A stretch of DNA of 52,001 nt, filler included, from Catajapyx aquilonaris (lineage: Eukaryota): assembly GCA_000934665.2 (NCBI GenBank). It is 3 parts of 3 records of this genome, joined end to end, with 100 filler letters (N's around TTAATTAATTAA, not from the genome) between each part and the next. Parts side by side here need not be neighbours in the genome. Positions count along the whole stretch, not along the records: positions 17,506 to 34,697 come from JYFJ02007005.1; positions 34,798 to 52,001 come from JYFJ02007006.1; 1 more part is not named here. One strand, written 5' to 3'. The translations under genes were made by a program, and so were the position numbers. The number at the start of each line of letters is the position of its first letter. The stretch's first letter is position 1. Shown piece by piece: positions 22,901 to 36,859 of this stretch. Under the pieces are notes generated by a model that worked only from the letters and a program-made list of their open reading frames with translations, searched no databases and was not told the DNA's origin.

Positions 22901-25900
22901 ACAGGTAATGGGATCCTAAATTTAAATTAAATTAAAATGGAAAAGGTAAGGTCATGTGGAGGGACGCACACCTGCCAGGATATTTTATACCTTGTGTTTG
23001 AAGCACATTATCTCAGTAACTATGCTGTGGACACCCATGATGCCTATACTTAAAATTATAGCCTAGAACCCGCCTATCACTTCCCAAAGTGACAGTACAA
23101 TACATGTCCGCACTCTGCATAAACACCGAAAATGCTCACTGAGCACCCAAAAAACCATTTCACGAAATGGTAATAATGGTCATGAAATGTTATGTATTTC
23201 AGCCATTTGCCAACCAACAACAGGGTGATTTATTACCAGAGTCTACATCACATAGTGGGACACCAGAAACTGCCACTTCGACATGTAATTTGTGTCATGG
23301 GATTTTCGTTTAGTCCAAAACATGTTGTGGCTGTTTTCAAAACAACCATTGGTTATTGTGTCTTTGTGAAATGATTTTTTAAAAACAACTCAATGAGCAT
23401 TTTCAGTGTTTGATCCTAACATCATACTGATACTACTCGTGGTAACACTTGTACGTTAGAGTCAGGTAATGATTTCACTATTTCACCAGCCTACTAATTC
23501 CTTTAGTAGCCTTCCATTCATTCCCCTTCACTGATCCGTTGTAATCAAGAATTTCATCCCTCTCCATTGCGGTGTAATAATTAAGATATTCCAGCCACAA
23601 TTCACAGGCAGTATAAATGCAATACTAACTTTATGTAACAAGACTTCATGATAAAATAGTCTCCTCTCGGATTCAGGACATGTATGTCTCCGTCTTCCAT
23701 AAAACGTATAATGTCTCCTTGCAATGTATAATAGCGAAACTCTTCATCCATAATGTCTTTGTGAATGTCTGAAATATCAGCATATGACTGGCACACTAGA
23801 AGACTGTTCTCCTCTGTCGCAGCGAGTGACACTGTGAGCCCGGAAGGATATGACAGGTGGATGTCATAGTTTAGCCATGGATTAGGTGAGAAAGGACTGG
23901 CAGTCATGCCTGCAGCTGTGGCTTCCTCATTGGTTCGCACTGCACCATTCTTGTGAGTAGCAGGCAACATCTTTCCGTTTGTGGATTTCCGTCCTTGTTT
24001 CAGTACACAGTCATCATCCTAAAATATGTCACCAAAATGAACCAGATTGTGTTATCAATATGCTGGAATATGCTCATATGTTAAGACCTACAGTGTGGAA
24101 AATGAAACGACGATCTGACGTCATCATTTTGTGCTCATGCAACAATAGAAGTAAACAATGTTCTTTTTGTTGACACTGTTTGCTCATATTGTTGTGTGAC
24201 GATGACGTCATATCATCGTTTCATTTTCTGCACAGTATTATACACTGCATGATATGGTAGCAGCAATTCTTATGTTTTTGATGTGCAGTTACATCACTGC
24301 TCATAAAACTTGTAAAATTCATGCAATACAGGGTGGCAGAAAAACAGCAGTAAACAATGCCTTGGGTAAGCTCGAATTTTGTAACAATGTGAAAGAATAA
24401 GGTACTTCAGCTTGAATTTTTTCCATGCCTTGGCAACCATTTCATGTCACTGACAAGCATCATTTACACTGCACAAGCTATATGTAGCGTGTAAGACGTG
24501 TGCCAGGCAAGGGGAGGTTGGGAGTTAAAAATCACTTCAGAATACCTTCTGTGACTCCAGCTTTGGTGCACATAAATTTTTAAAGCTGACAAGTATGCCA
24601 GATGAAAGCCGAAGACATAAGTATGGTATCAATATTCTCCTCACTGGTACCTCTGCCATATGTAGATGCATTCTGTGAAAAAATACAAAGGTCTCATGCA
24701 AAATATAAATCATGCATTTTCAAAAACAATTATCATCAGTTTATGCTCTTAACAACTAAATAATGGGTTTATTGCTCGGGTGGCAACATTTTGGAAATAG
24801 CTAAAAATTATTGATCGGGAGTGGGATTTTTTAAATCTCTAAATTGACGCAATATCCAAGTACCGTACCTGAATCTTGTAAAAAAATCAACATTTTCATG
24901 GGTCTAATTATGTTAAATGATCAATGTGATACTAAGTTTGCACATGCATATAAACTGTGTGGTGTTTTCTCCTTCACTTACAGAATGTACTATGAGCAAT
25001 GTTCTAAAAGCCGTCCCAGTTAGTTAGAAAATCTGATCACATGCCCCACAAAAAAGATCGCTCTTGAAAATATTGCTCATCACATGTCAGGACAAAATGG
25101 GTTACAAGAACGGATTATAACGATTATTATTCTTGCCTCTTGACCATCAAAAGAAGGACTCTGCCCCAGAAATTTGACTACTGACAAGTGAGGTGAGCAT
25201 GGATAACCTGAGGCATTTGGAATCAAGCACTACCAGTTCAAAGCACTTAGCATACCAGTAATTAAGTACAGCTGCTCCAGTTCACTCAATTGCCCTTTTG
25301 CAGCTATAGCATATTTTGACATTTCCCATTCACATAATTCAAAAGGCTTACGTGGGCCAACAGATGAGTTGGTGGTCAAACTTAGAAATCTCTATCATCA
25401 AGTTTGGGGGTGCATCAGTTTCCACCTGTCTCCACTCCTGAAGTCTTATTCGAGTACCGTCTGCCAGAAATGCATACGCATCATGTGTAACCACTTCTAA
25501 GCGTCTGTGGCCTACAATGAATCCTTCAACCTAAAAAGCACAATTTATAATGGATTGTTAAACATTCATAAAATTACTTCATGTACGGTACAATCAAAAA
25601 AATTCTTTGAAAAATAGTGGGGGGATTCTGATCCTGAAAAGGGCATTAAAATAAGTCTCAGCAAGAATTTCCTTAATTCATATGGGGGCACTCCAAATTA
25701 AATAATAGAGGTCAAATTTTCGTCCCATCTGCATATAGTTTGACTGTTGCTACAGTTGTTGTTGTTGTTATTGTTGTTGGTTTTTGTAAATGAAGAGGCA
25801 TAAAGCATCCACACCCATTGTATGTGCTACACTCAACAGTGAAATAATTGGCAAAAAGTTAAAGGAAGCACCAACTGCCAATAAACTGAGACACCACAAA

Positions 25901-28900
25901 TTATGCAAGTACTTAACATACGTCAACTAACCTCATGTTCTGCAGCATCATCTGATTCAGAATCATCCTCATCATAATAATAATCTTCATCATCCTCATC
26001 TGCCTCATCAGCCTCGTCATCTCCAACTCCATCTTCATTTTCTTCCGAGAGGAGGTCCTCTTTGAAATCAACTTTATCATCTTCATCAGGGTAATGATGA
26101 TTACCATCACCATCGCCACTGTTGCAACCAACCTCAAAATGGTCACTATCTTTTCGATTGTAATTATCCACACAATTAAAACTGTCTTCATCATACTTAT
26201 ACTCAAAATTGTAACTATCTTCACGATTCTCATTAACATCCCTGTCACTATCATCACTCCAACACCAGTTCTTGTGAGTGCTATCATCACTGTCATCATA
26301 ATCCCTCTTGACACTACTTTTAGCATCAATAATGCCATCATTATGATCACCAACATTACTCTTCTCATCACAGTCATCACTCTCAAGACAATCATTATCT
26401 TCATCGCTGTCCTCACTGTCAGTGTCACTACTATCACTGATATCACATTCATCTGTTTTATCTCCCTCCACTTTATGTGGGCTTCCTGTTTCTGCCTTTC
26501 CTTCTCCATCTCTCTTCTTTACTAGCTCTTTCTGTACTCTTTTCACCATACTCTTCAGTGTTGTCTTCTTCAGGGCCCTCTTCGGTGTTGTACTCTTCAG
26601 TGCTGTATTCTTCAGTATTGCACGCTTCAATACTTCATATTTGTATGACCCAGGATAAACAAGGTCACTCTTGCTCAGGGTGGGTATGGGACCTGGTCTA
26701 ATAAGCATATCTAATTCTTCTTTCAACTGCAACTTCTCCTCCTCTTGGACCTTGTCAATCCAAGCTGCAGCTTTTTTATCTTTTTGAGCATATTCTGTAA
26801 GTAAAATAATGTTACACAAAGAGTGATGAAACCAACTTATTATAATTTCCTGCTACATATGAGTAATCCTCCCTTAGACAAGTATGTTTCTTTTCCCATC
26901 AATTTCCTTCCAAACATACTGTAAGGTAAATACATTGTACTCCCGATTATCAGGGTGCTGATTTATCCATGTTGCCAATTATCCCTTTATTACCAAAATA
27001 TATAATTATAATTAAAAGTCCAGAAAAAATTTCACCATGATCTCATTTTATGGAACCATATTTACACATGTAGAGTTGGCCCGAGATTTCTGGGTGCTTT
27101 CAGCCTTCCTCGTGTAGTGAGGTATGGAGAAGAAGGATATAAACTTATTAGCTGCACGAACTTAGCTTGGGCCAACTCCAGCACAAGCAGCTTCAAAATG
27201 TGCCACAACTCTATTCTAAGACTATTTAAGATAATGATAGATGCAATACAGCATACCTATAAAATGTCGAAATCCAACAAGCGATGAAAGAACGTAAGAG
27301 TTGTGCTCACAGTGTTGCCAGGTTAGTCCACCATGAGATAAACCAGGGTGATGAAAGTGCACCAGCATGGTGTCAATGTAAGGTAACCTGATTAAGTCAT
27401 AGCAGGGAAAATCTTGCAGGGATTCCCACAAAGCTTGAGACATATCATCAGGTGACAAGTATTCTCGATAATGCCACGGATGAAGACATTCTTCCCTCTC
27501 CTTCCCCTCGTCAATATCTTTGCTATGGGCTTCGGCCAAGTAATGCAGCAGAACAGGAGGTGGCATCTTTGCACTTAGACACCCTACAAAACATAAATGT
27601 ACCTCTTTGTAAAAAATATACAGTAAATACACATACCATACCCTATCAGAATCTAATAATTTATAATTCTTTCCTTAACTTATAACATCTGAAATACATA
27701 CTCCTCATTCTGTCTGTTTTGTAGCATGGCTGGTAAACCCTGGTCAAAATATGGAAAACCTTCAATCCACACAATTTTCATTTTCAAATAACAAATTACC
27801 AGGTGGCAGGTAATACTGTAAGCTAGTCTAACACCAGTCACAGCACACTTGCCTCTGTTACTTGCTGTCTTACATACTGGTAACATGATGTAAAAGAAAA
27901 AAGGAGGCCAACCTGCTTCATGGTCAATGACTAGCTGAAATAAATGTTGCCTTGCCGAGTGCTTTCCGGAGCATTGTATCTGTTCAGCGAGCACAAGATG
28001 GAGAGAGTAGGACAATTCATCCATTCCCACTATGCATAATCCCTTTTCCTTAATGCCTTTGGCTATCTTATGAATAAGCCACTTCTTTTGCTCATGGTCA
28101 TCGTCAAATCCCCAGTCAAGTTCTTCCATCAGTGGAAGGTGGTCCAGCATGGACAGCAACATCTCAGTCAAGTCGGGACAAAGCCGTCCCATTTTATCAG
28201 TATGTGGAACAATGTGACTGTCCGCATCATCAGGTTCTGGGGCAGGGGCAGCGACCACTCCCATCTTATCCTCCAAAAATTCCACGTGATCCAAAACTGG
28301 CATTTCGCCTAGTTCATCATCTGATGATGAATAATATTCTGTACTACCAGCATCATCATCATCAGCAGCTTCATTAGGCATGTCATCATCTTGGTTACTC
28401 ACTGTAGAGAGAAAGAAAATAATTAGATCACCCTTCGTAATTACTTGCCCAAAGAACAAGCAAAGTGGGTAGTTTTCAACCTGCAAACAACTAAATACAA
28501 CAATGAGCATATTACTCAAATAACTCAACCGGAATAATTAAACGTACACTTCTGCAAGACTCTGAAATTGAACCCATCACAAGTATGACATTCTAAACCA
28601 GCGTTTCTCAACCAGGGTTCCAAGGGCAATCACCAGGGCTTCCGTGAGAAACAGCAAGATGAATAGGCTAATCATATGTCAATGTATTTTTGAGTAATTA
28701 ATATTGATAAGCCCGTAATATAATAATTTTCGTGTTCCCTGAGACATGAATAGTTTTTCAAAGGTTTCGCAAGGGTAAGAAGGTTGAGAAACGCTCCTTT
28801 AAACTGATGTCAAATTACCCCATATGCACCCTAAACAAAACAATATACCTCCTTGTGGAACATCCTTCACAATATCCCAGCCCAATCGTTTAGATCTTGT

Positions 28901-31900
28901 AGGGCCAGGTTTCTCTGAACTGATTTCGCATGATTCAGCATTTATGACACCATGTACTTGCTCAAACATACAGTGCAACATTACTGGCACCGTGCATATT
29001 TCCGGATCAATGTCCTCCATCAGTGACTCATATACGCCCACCAGGGTGTCTAATTTCGGCTTCTCTTCTGGGATGGCCACTGAATGCAAGGCTTGAAGGT
29101 ACTTTGCATGCAAGCTACGCATGTCTTCCAGCTGGTATGCCAAATGTGCCAGTCGATTGAACAAGATTACTCCTTCGTCAGGTTGGGGTTTGAAAGGTAC
29201 ACGCAACACTTCAGTTGCCATATGGAGAAGACCCGAATCATCTGAGCAGGAACGTAGAAGCTCCACTGACTTCTGCCAGAAGTTTTGCATTTCCCTTACA
29301 CTGAAATGCACAATTATTCATTTTTCGTGTTCTACAGGACTCTCATTGCATACACCATGTGACAACGTCCATAAGCATTCTTAAGATCAATTGTTCTAAG
29401 CCTACCTATTTTCATGTTTGACATTGCTTTGGTTCATTTTGCTCATTTCTTTTTGGCTGGCCATTTCCTGAACCTCGCCCATTAACTTCTCATCCAATTC
29501 TGCTTCCAGTCGAACAATGCATTGTACCTGCACACCTATAAAACATGTAATGAAGAGGCATCGAGTAGGACAAAAGAAATATGTTATTGTACCTACACAG
29601 TAATAACTCAAAAGTGTGCTTATTTCAAGCTGGTCATATCATGGTGACTTACCCATATCTAGCAAATCTACAAGTACATCAGCATTATAAAACCCATAAA
29701 GCACAATGTAGCACTGAGGTCCATTTGGTGGAAGATCATCTGTCAAAAAAAATGTTGGTTGTTGGTTGTTTGTTGAAATAATGTTCTGATAGTATGTTAA
29801 TGCTGTGGGCTAGCATTAACCCCTTCGCTACCAGCTAGGCTCCCCATGCCAGAGGAATTTGCTGAAATCATCGTACTTTGCAAGAAATAAATTTGTACTA
29901 ATTTGTGGCTTGCTGTCACTTTGGAAAACTCCAATTCAATTTGGGAGTTTCCCAAAGTGTCAAAAAGCCACAAATAAAAATTAATTTATTTCTTGCAAAG
30001 TACGACGACTTCAGCAAATTCCTCTGGCATGGTTCTCACGATTGTTATTCGGATCTTTTTGCGTAATTCATAATCAAATCAGCCTAACAGTTGGCTGGTA
30101 GTACTCTAATTTAGAGTTTTTAGGCGGTCTTTTTGGAAATTAATTTAGGGACTTCTAGAGGATTAAAATGGTTCGCAACATATTTGTAGTGTTTTACATG
30201 AATTGGTAAATATAGCTGTTATTATTTGTAAAATATCTTGTCCATATCTTCCGAGTAGGTGTAAGGGAAAATCTAGGCATTTTCGGCCTAGCTGGTAGCA
30301 AAGGGGTTAACATTCTAATAATTATTTACCCAACAAATATTAAGCATTGTTCACAGAAATATTTCCACAGCCTACTCTATAAGTATCTACCGAATGCATA
30401 TTTGTGATCCTGGTAGGCACATTGGCTGCTCTGGGTTCTCTTCACCAGCTTGGTGTGTTTGGGTAAGGGCTTATTCTGACCTACTCTTCCTTTGCTTTCC
30501 CTAGCCTCTGCCACGTCTGCAGCCATTCTGAGTCGCTGCTCCGCTTGAAAACTCCCTTCCCCTTCCTTCTGAAGAACATCCTTTTCCTTTACCTCTAAGA
30601 GAGCCCTTTTAATCATTAAAGCCTGGGAATAAGAAGTCCCCGAAGGTATCATCTCCTCCTCCTCTTCCTCATCAGCAGCAGGGACCATCCCACCTGCTTC
30701 ACTTTGAGTGGCCTTACGGCCTCTTCGCTTCTTCTTGCCACTGCCTCCTTTCAGGTCAGGTTCCTGCAGGAAATACAAAATAAACATGCCATTGTGAAAA
30801 GTACAGCGGCAAATTTTAGGGTGCGGCAAAATAATGTCATGGAGGCGGAAAATTTTATAGAGGAGAAAATTTTGACGTGTGCGATGCGAAAATATGTAAT
30901 ACATGGCATCACCGTTCATGTGCCACCCCAAGCAAGATGAATCTCCCAATGCCAGAGACCAGTAAGGGCGAAAGTCGAGTGCACATGCCCTCCTAGGACA
31001 GTGGGTATCTGTGCAGGATCTACATGCGATATTCGCCCTTACTGGTCTGGGCATCGGCCGATTCACCTTGGAGAGGCATAAAAGTGTAAACCCCAAGATG
31101 AAATTCACTGGATTATGCTAAGTACTAGTAGTTGTATCCATGGCCAAAATTTAAAATTTTTTGAAATAACAATTTTAGAGATATTTGGCCTTGAAAGGTC
31201 TGTAGCCATAAGATTAATTAATTAATTAATTTTTACGTTACCCCATGATAGGGCCATCGGCCCTTATAGGGGGATGGAATACCACCATTTTTCCTTCAAT
31301 TTTCTTATTTTTTTCTTCTAACTCCAGTGCAAGGATGAAAGGACATGAGGTAAGGATAGGGATATTTTGGGGAGGGGACACAGGTGCAAGTGCAATGTCG
31401 GAAATGGGTCATATGCAGTCCCCCAGAAGGGTAGGTTGCCAAGACGCCTTCTTAGGCGTGGGCAGAGACCCACTGACGCAGGCAGAAGGAAAATCACGGG
31501 CGGGGATCGAACCAGGGGCCTTCCGCTCAGCAAGCCGAGAAGTTACCATCTCGGCCACCGCGCCTTCCCCCTAAGATTAATAAATAAATATCATAATACA
31601 AGGCCCTTGTAATAGTGGTACTATGTGGTGTACAATCTACTTCCCGGAATTCACACTCCTTCATGGTTGGGCTTAGAACTTAATGAACGACCCTCATAGA
31701 TACTATTTTAAACATACACTATGAAATCTGACAGGAGCTGTGTAAAAATAACTGCATGCTTTAAGTCATGCACCAAGCAGGAGAAGGGAGCTCTTATGAA
31801 CTAAATAAAACTGCAGTTTTATTGTTCTATGAGTGATATCAAGCTATCTTTCCTAGGTAATAATAATAATAATAATAATGGATACCCCGCGCTAGGCCTC

Positions 31901-34180
31901 CTTGGGCCTCTTAGGGGATCATCTTTTATTTAACTGACTTTAATCATTGCCTGCGCTGTGATGGATTTTGATAGCGGGAGGAAACGGGAGAACCCCGAGA
32001 AAATCCACGCGAACATGGAGAGAACCCATCGAAACTCTATCCACTTAAGAATCCTCCGTCTGACCCGGGGATCGAACTCGGGACCTTAGAGGTGGAAGGC
32101 TGCGGCGCTAACCACTCCGCCACCGTGTCGCCCTCGCTATCTTTCCTAGGTCAGAAACAGTTTCAAGTTAGCTGCTCTAGATTCTGCCGAATGTTCTTTT
32201 TTGTTTTGTTTCAGCATGTGTGTAATTTTGATTCACACGTGGCCTGCAATTTATGAGGGTCCTTCCCAGAATGGGGGAAGAGTTGGTACCTCTTTGGGTG
32301 GGAGGAGACAGTTCCCCTTGTGCAAACCAAAGAGCAATCAGCTTTCCGGTTCCCAAAAGTCATACTGGACAGAAAAATTTCATTGTAACAGTTCCTTGCT
32401 CAGTTCATTCCACCATTCTCTCCCTCTTTGCTCTTTGGCGCCAAAACTTCATCAGCAATAAATATTCTTTCTTGGGACAACCTGCTTTTGTATTAGAGTA
32501 CTTCATCGTTATTCTGACAAAAGGACGAATTAGACATTTTTGCTAAAATCTAATTATGGCCTCTGCCAACACCACCAAGTGTTGGGTCACATTCTGACAA
32601 AACTGTGAACTCACGGAATAAGAGTGGCGTCAGAGTTAGAACGAAAAATAAAAATGCCCTCCATTGTATTTGCAATAACATCAACTGTAAAATGATGTAG
32701 AATTGTAAACTGACACATCCTGAATTTCTGGCAACATGGTTTTAGCTGAATTTCACCTATTAGAAATGTTGCAAGAATTAGCATGCACTGATGCACAACT
32801 TACCTTGGCAGATTTCTTTACTAAATCAGGGCAAACTGGAGAAGACGTAATTGCATAGAATGTTTTTCTCAGTTGGGCAGTAATAGCCAAAATCAGGTAT
32901 TTAGCAGACTTTCTTGCATGTGGGTTGGATTCCACCATCAGCAGCACACAACATCTCCAGGAATCCTGACAAAAACCAGTAACAATAATGAACCAACCAT
33001 CCTTTATATCACCCCTCACTATAAAATAATTATTGGATATCACATGTTCATTGAAAGTGAAAAAAGGTCTCGTCCAAATGAAAATTGCAAACTTGTGGCA
33101 AATGGCAAACAAAGGGTCTCACTGTGGAATAAAGGTGGATTCAGATGTCACGTGCTGATTATATCCTTTTAATTAAAAGCACAGTAAACTCTGTCTGAAC
33201 TAATCAGTGCAGCCTACTAACGTGGACTGAGGGATCATAACATTTAGACAATAATGAATTATATTCCCTATGATTTATATGGGTGATTCATCCTCTAAAT
33301 GTATGGGATTCACCCAAGATTCACCTCATTGTCCAACTCCTCAGTGGACATGCTCATGACAATACAATACAATCATGTCAAAATAAATCACCATAACATC
33401 CATGCCTGTCGATAATAATTGTAGGCTGATACTCAATGCATCATCAACAAAACATGGATCATTTACACAGCCTCAAGGAAACTGAACCATTTCCAAAACT
33501 AGTCCACAATTCGATTGCTAGGCACAGCATTTCACTGCAAGGGTAAACCATGCATTACACTGTATATGTATTATTGATGCAATCGGAGAATGTGCGTGAC
33601 ATCCCAAGACCAGGGAGCATATACTACATAAGAGGCGCAAACTTCTGTCGGCCCCTTTGATGTCCGCGTCTCTCTGTTTGGTGCCTTGCCAAGGCTGGCG
33701 GCCATTTAGAAGTGGGGGCAACGCCAACGAGGTATTAATAGGGTACAGGGAAAAATAGGGTCCACCATCTTTGATGGTTTTGGCGGCCATGGCAACTACA
33801 CAGCAAGAACACGCGCGAATCAAAGATGGCGGACTCTATTTTTGCCTGTACCCTATTTATACCTCGTTGGCGTTGCCCCCACTTCAAAAATGCCGACAGT
33901 CTCAGCAACGCCCCAAACAGAGATACGCGGAAATCGAATGTTTGCACCTCTTATGTAGTGTATGCTCCCTGACATGACTTCAGTTGGTAGTTTTATTGTT
34001 GGCTTTGTTCACAGTCATTTGTGATGTCACTACTGTTCTTGGGTTGCATCTATAACAGGTGTCTGAATGAATGACAACATAATAAACTAGACCTACGTCA
34101 CATAGAGGAGCAGTTTTCACAAATGAATTTGTGAGAGGGACGCTCGGCCGGACGTTCTTGACTTTTTTTGGTGCAGGCAT
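19903..34180 (-). CDS. SPAG17: SPAG17/PF6-like axonemal central-pair protein, paralog A (about 18 or more exons)
   Basis: Phase-checked exons: 34180-34097, 32965-32804, 30763-30391, 29739-29653 (DDLPPNGPQCYIVLYGF), 29535-29406, 29300-28849 (TVPVMLHCMFEQV), 27583-27257 (VGFRHF), 26794-25932, 25530-25352, 24672-24546. Approximate exons: 28401-27.7k, 24018-23.63k (YPSGL...QGDIIRFMEDG), 22.7k-22.2k (REDG...YPDG), 22.0k-21.74k, 21.3k-20.54k (PRRIFVV) and 20.15k-19903 (PYFSSAAGKHFL, stop). Confidence 0.85.
24090..24236. mobile_element. Small palindromic MITE
   Basis: Imperfect inverted ends: gaaaatgaaacgacgatctgacgtcatc / gatgacgtcatatcatcgtttcattttc. Confidence 0.65.
28599..28796. mobile_element. 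hAT/Charlie-type MITE
   Basis: TIR CAGCGTTTCTCAACC ... GGTTGAGAAACGCT with a degenerate 8-bp TSD (ttctaaac/ctttaaac). Confidence 0.8.
29820..30306. mobile_element. piggyBac-like MITE (TTAA TSD)
   Basis: TTAA|CCCCTTCGCTACCAGCTAGGC ... GCCTAGCTGGTAGCAAAGGGG|TTAA, with an internal ~185-bp hairpin at 29846-30030. Confidence 0.85.
30933..31070. repeat. Imperfect palindrome (MITE-like)
   Basis: agaccagtaagggcgaa ... ttcgcccttactggtct with further flanking pairing. Confidence 0.7.
31213..31571 (-). mobile_element. tRNA-derived SINE (same family as 16915)
   Basis: Reverse complement reads ggtggccgagatgg...ggttcgatccc, with a shared body, stem-loop and (TTAA)n tail. Confidence 0.8.
31859..32135 (-). 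mobile_element. tRNA-derived SINE with V-domain-like core
   Basis: A/B boxes, core gttctctccatgttcgcgtggattttctcggggttctcccgtttcctccc, (ATT)n tail and a 16-bp TSD gctatctttcctaggt at 31843-31858 and 32136-32151. Confidence 0.9.
33611..33971. mobile_element. Almost wholly palindromic 360-bp MITE
   Basis: cagggagcatatactacataagagg ... cctcttatgtagtgtatgctccctg; imperfect pairing continues for about 165 bp per arm. Confidence 0.85.
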
Positions 34181-34697
34181 GGTAGGGATGCCCTTTTCTA
34201 AAGTAATCAATTCAAAGAACTTGTTACATCAGTCATAGAATTGCTCTGTGTCAGGAGGCTCTAAAAACCACAGCTTCTCTCTCAGAACACAACCTTGACA
34301 ATGCTGTTTACTGTGCATTACTACGGTGATGCTGTGATTACTACACTGCATATCCAATCTCTTGGGAGGGATCATCCTGAGGAGAAAATTACTTGGGCTG
34401 CCGTGGCTGCTTGGATCAGGGTATTGCTCTTGACATTGCATCAAGTTTTAGGTTTTCACGCCCATTGTGCATACAGAGTAGTATACTACCCAAATTCACA
34501 GTCCAACAATGGATGCAGAGATAATGCTTAACAACAACAACAACAACAACATCACGACATTTCCCTATGAGGGGTAGTCAGCGATGAAGGGAGATGCAAG
34601 CTAACCCAACATATGAACTAATAAAACACATGAGAAAGAACCTAAAAACAACCTGTCCCACCCCCCACCCCCGTCCCACCCCCCACCCCTGTCCCAC

Positions 34698-34797
34698 NNN
34701 NNNNNNNNNNNNNNNNNNNNNNNNNNNNNNNNNNNNNNNNNTTAATTAATTAANNNNNNNNNNNNNNNNNNNNNNNNNNNNNNNNNNNNNNNNNNNN
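34698..34797. other. Assembly gap with artificial spacer
   Basis: N-run / ttaattaattaa / N-run. Confidence 0.95.
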
Positions 34798-35342
34798 ATT
34801 TATTTCAGTTGTTAACTGTCAAATGAACTTCAAATTTGGTATCCTCCTAGCTCAATTGTTACTATTCATAATTATCCATTCTAAAGTCCAGATAGTCTTA
34901 ATGGAAACTTTTTATCACATCCTGTGTATAACCCCACCACTCCATTTTTTGGGGGTGTCCCAATATTTTCAGATCAGAGCAAGTACATCGATGGGGAAAA
35001 TGTTGTGCTGTTGTAGGGGACTATGTCGAGTAATGACCAAAGTTTGACACCTGTGTCACCTGTGTGTGATTTGTTAAAAAATAAAGTCCGGGAGTGACTT
35101 GAACACCCCTCGTAAAATCCTACCTACTGCTCTGAGTAGTTTGCAGCAGTAATTTTTACGAGCTGTTCCATACAGTACTTCAGAATTGCTTGAGTAAGAC
35201 CTGTGGTACAGCTTAAATCAATTGGTGAAGGTCTTACGTGTGCCTGCCTTGTTTCAGTACTTTCATTCCGCCACGGAGGTCTTACTACCGTTTTTTTCAC
35301 TGAAGGGAATGTTTTTGCTCTTATTTCAGTTCTTTTTTTAAA

Positions 35343-35948
35343 CCCCTTCGCAATAATACCAGCTATACCGCCATCGCCATGGAAATTATGCTCCCCTAGG
35401 TTGTCGCTTACACGTACTCTGAAGACAAGGACAAGATATTTTACAAATAATAACAGCTACAGTGATAAACGTATCATATCATACTAACACGTTTATGCTT
35501 TACACTACACTCTGCACTGTGAATGTATTGGAGACGATTTTTGTTGCTAAGAAGTCCCTAAAATGATTTTCACAGAGATAGTCGTAAAAAAAATTCGAGT
35601 GCTACCAGCCAACGGTTAGTCTGATTCAATTATGAAATAGCCTATACGCTAAAGTATATGGAATATATACATTGAGAACTGTACCAGACGAATTTGCTGA
35701 CATCCTGGTACTTTGCAAGAATTCAATAAATAGGGCCTACTTATCTGCGGCTTACCTCCGTCACATCTGAAAATTCCCAAACTTATTTAATTTCCGCGAA
35801 ATGCGACGATTTCAGCAAATTCGTCTGGCGCGTTTCGCAAGGTAGATATTCCGCATATACTGTAGCATAATTTCATAATTAAATCAGCTTAAGAGTTGGC
35901 CGGTAATACCTGGCGATGGCAATGGCGATATAGCAGGTAGCAAAGGGG
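35343..35948. mobile_element. piggyBac-like MITE related to 29820-30306
   Basis: CCCCTTCGC ... GCAAAGGGG|TTAA with the shared internal hairpin motifs gaatttgctga / tcagcaaattc. Confidence 0.75.
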
Positions 35949-35957
35949 TTAATAGTA

Positions 35958-36859
35958 CAGTTGAATCCAGATAAAACAAACTTCAAGAGACCGCGGAAAA
36001 AGTCTGTTATAACCGAGGTAAACCTCGGTTATAACAGACTCAAAAATCTCTGTTTTTATTGTGTGACGATTTGGCTATAAGAGACCTGTTATAGACAAAT
36101 CGCCACGCAATGGAAACAGAGATTTCTGCTTTCAATTTGGCTGCAATATGCAATACTAGACTACATACCAATTAATGAAATGTGTCAAAAATGTAATAGT
36201 AGCTCTCCCGAAAATTATGAAGGACCAAAATATCTGAAATTTTCTTCTGCCGTCTCCTTTGTGCAAATTTTGTACCTGGAAATCTACATATTTTTGCCAC
36301 CGAGGGCCAAGAAATGGTGTGTTATACCCGAGGTGAGGTGAAAATGAGTCTGCTATTGAGGCACGTTACATGACACCGCTTCGAGGCGGTTCGGAAAGGT
36401 GCGCAGCTTACAGAGCAGCATCTCGGGCATGTAACATGTGAAAATGCGCATCAACTGAACTTCGCAGCCAGTTGAACTACCCTTTACCTGCGAATCAAAA
36501 GGTTTGATGCGCACCACTCACCTTTTAGAGGATTATTCCTGCCTTATTGCTCGACCCTTCTTTTCTCCAACTCCAAAATTTCCCAAATTACTGGCTTTCG
36601 AAGTGGGTGGGGATCAGCAGCGGGAGGGGGAGAAGGGGTGAGGGGGACTCCACTGCTTTCAGAGGCCAGACATGTAACACGTTGCCGAAGGGGCACCTTT
36701 CCGATTCGTATTGAAATAGAAGCGACGCGACTGTCCATGTAACGCAGCTCATTGTCAGGAGTAAAATACGCAGGGTCTTATGCAAGCATGCCGGGACAGG
36801 CCTTTATAACCAAAAGTCTGTATAGTCATAGCCAAGGCTGTTATATCCGGATTCAACTG
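35958..36859. mobile_element. Tigger/pogo-type MITE with a nested TIR element (~36358-36750)
   Basis: TA|CAGTTGAATCCAGATA ... TATCCGGATTCAACTG|TA. The nested piece, bounded by gaggcacgttacatg / catgtaacgcagctc, is absent from the copy at 240-503. Confidence 0.85.

Noticed and set aside
25913..26701. Overlapping alternative-frame and antisense ORFs
   Set aside because: They are by-products of the GAT/GAC-rich acidic exon of SPAG17.
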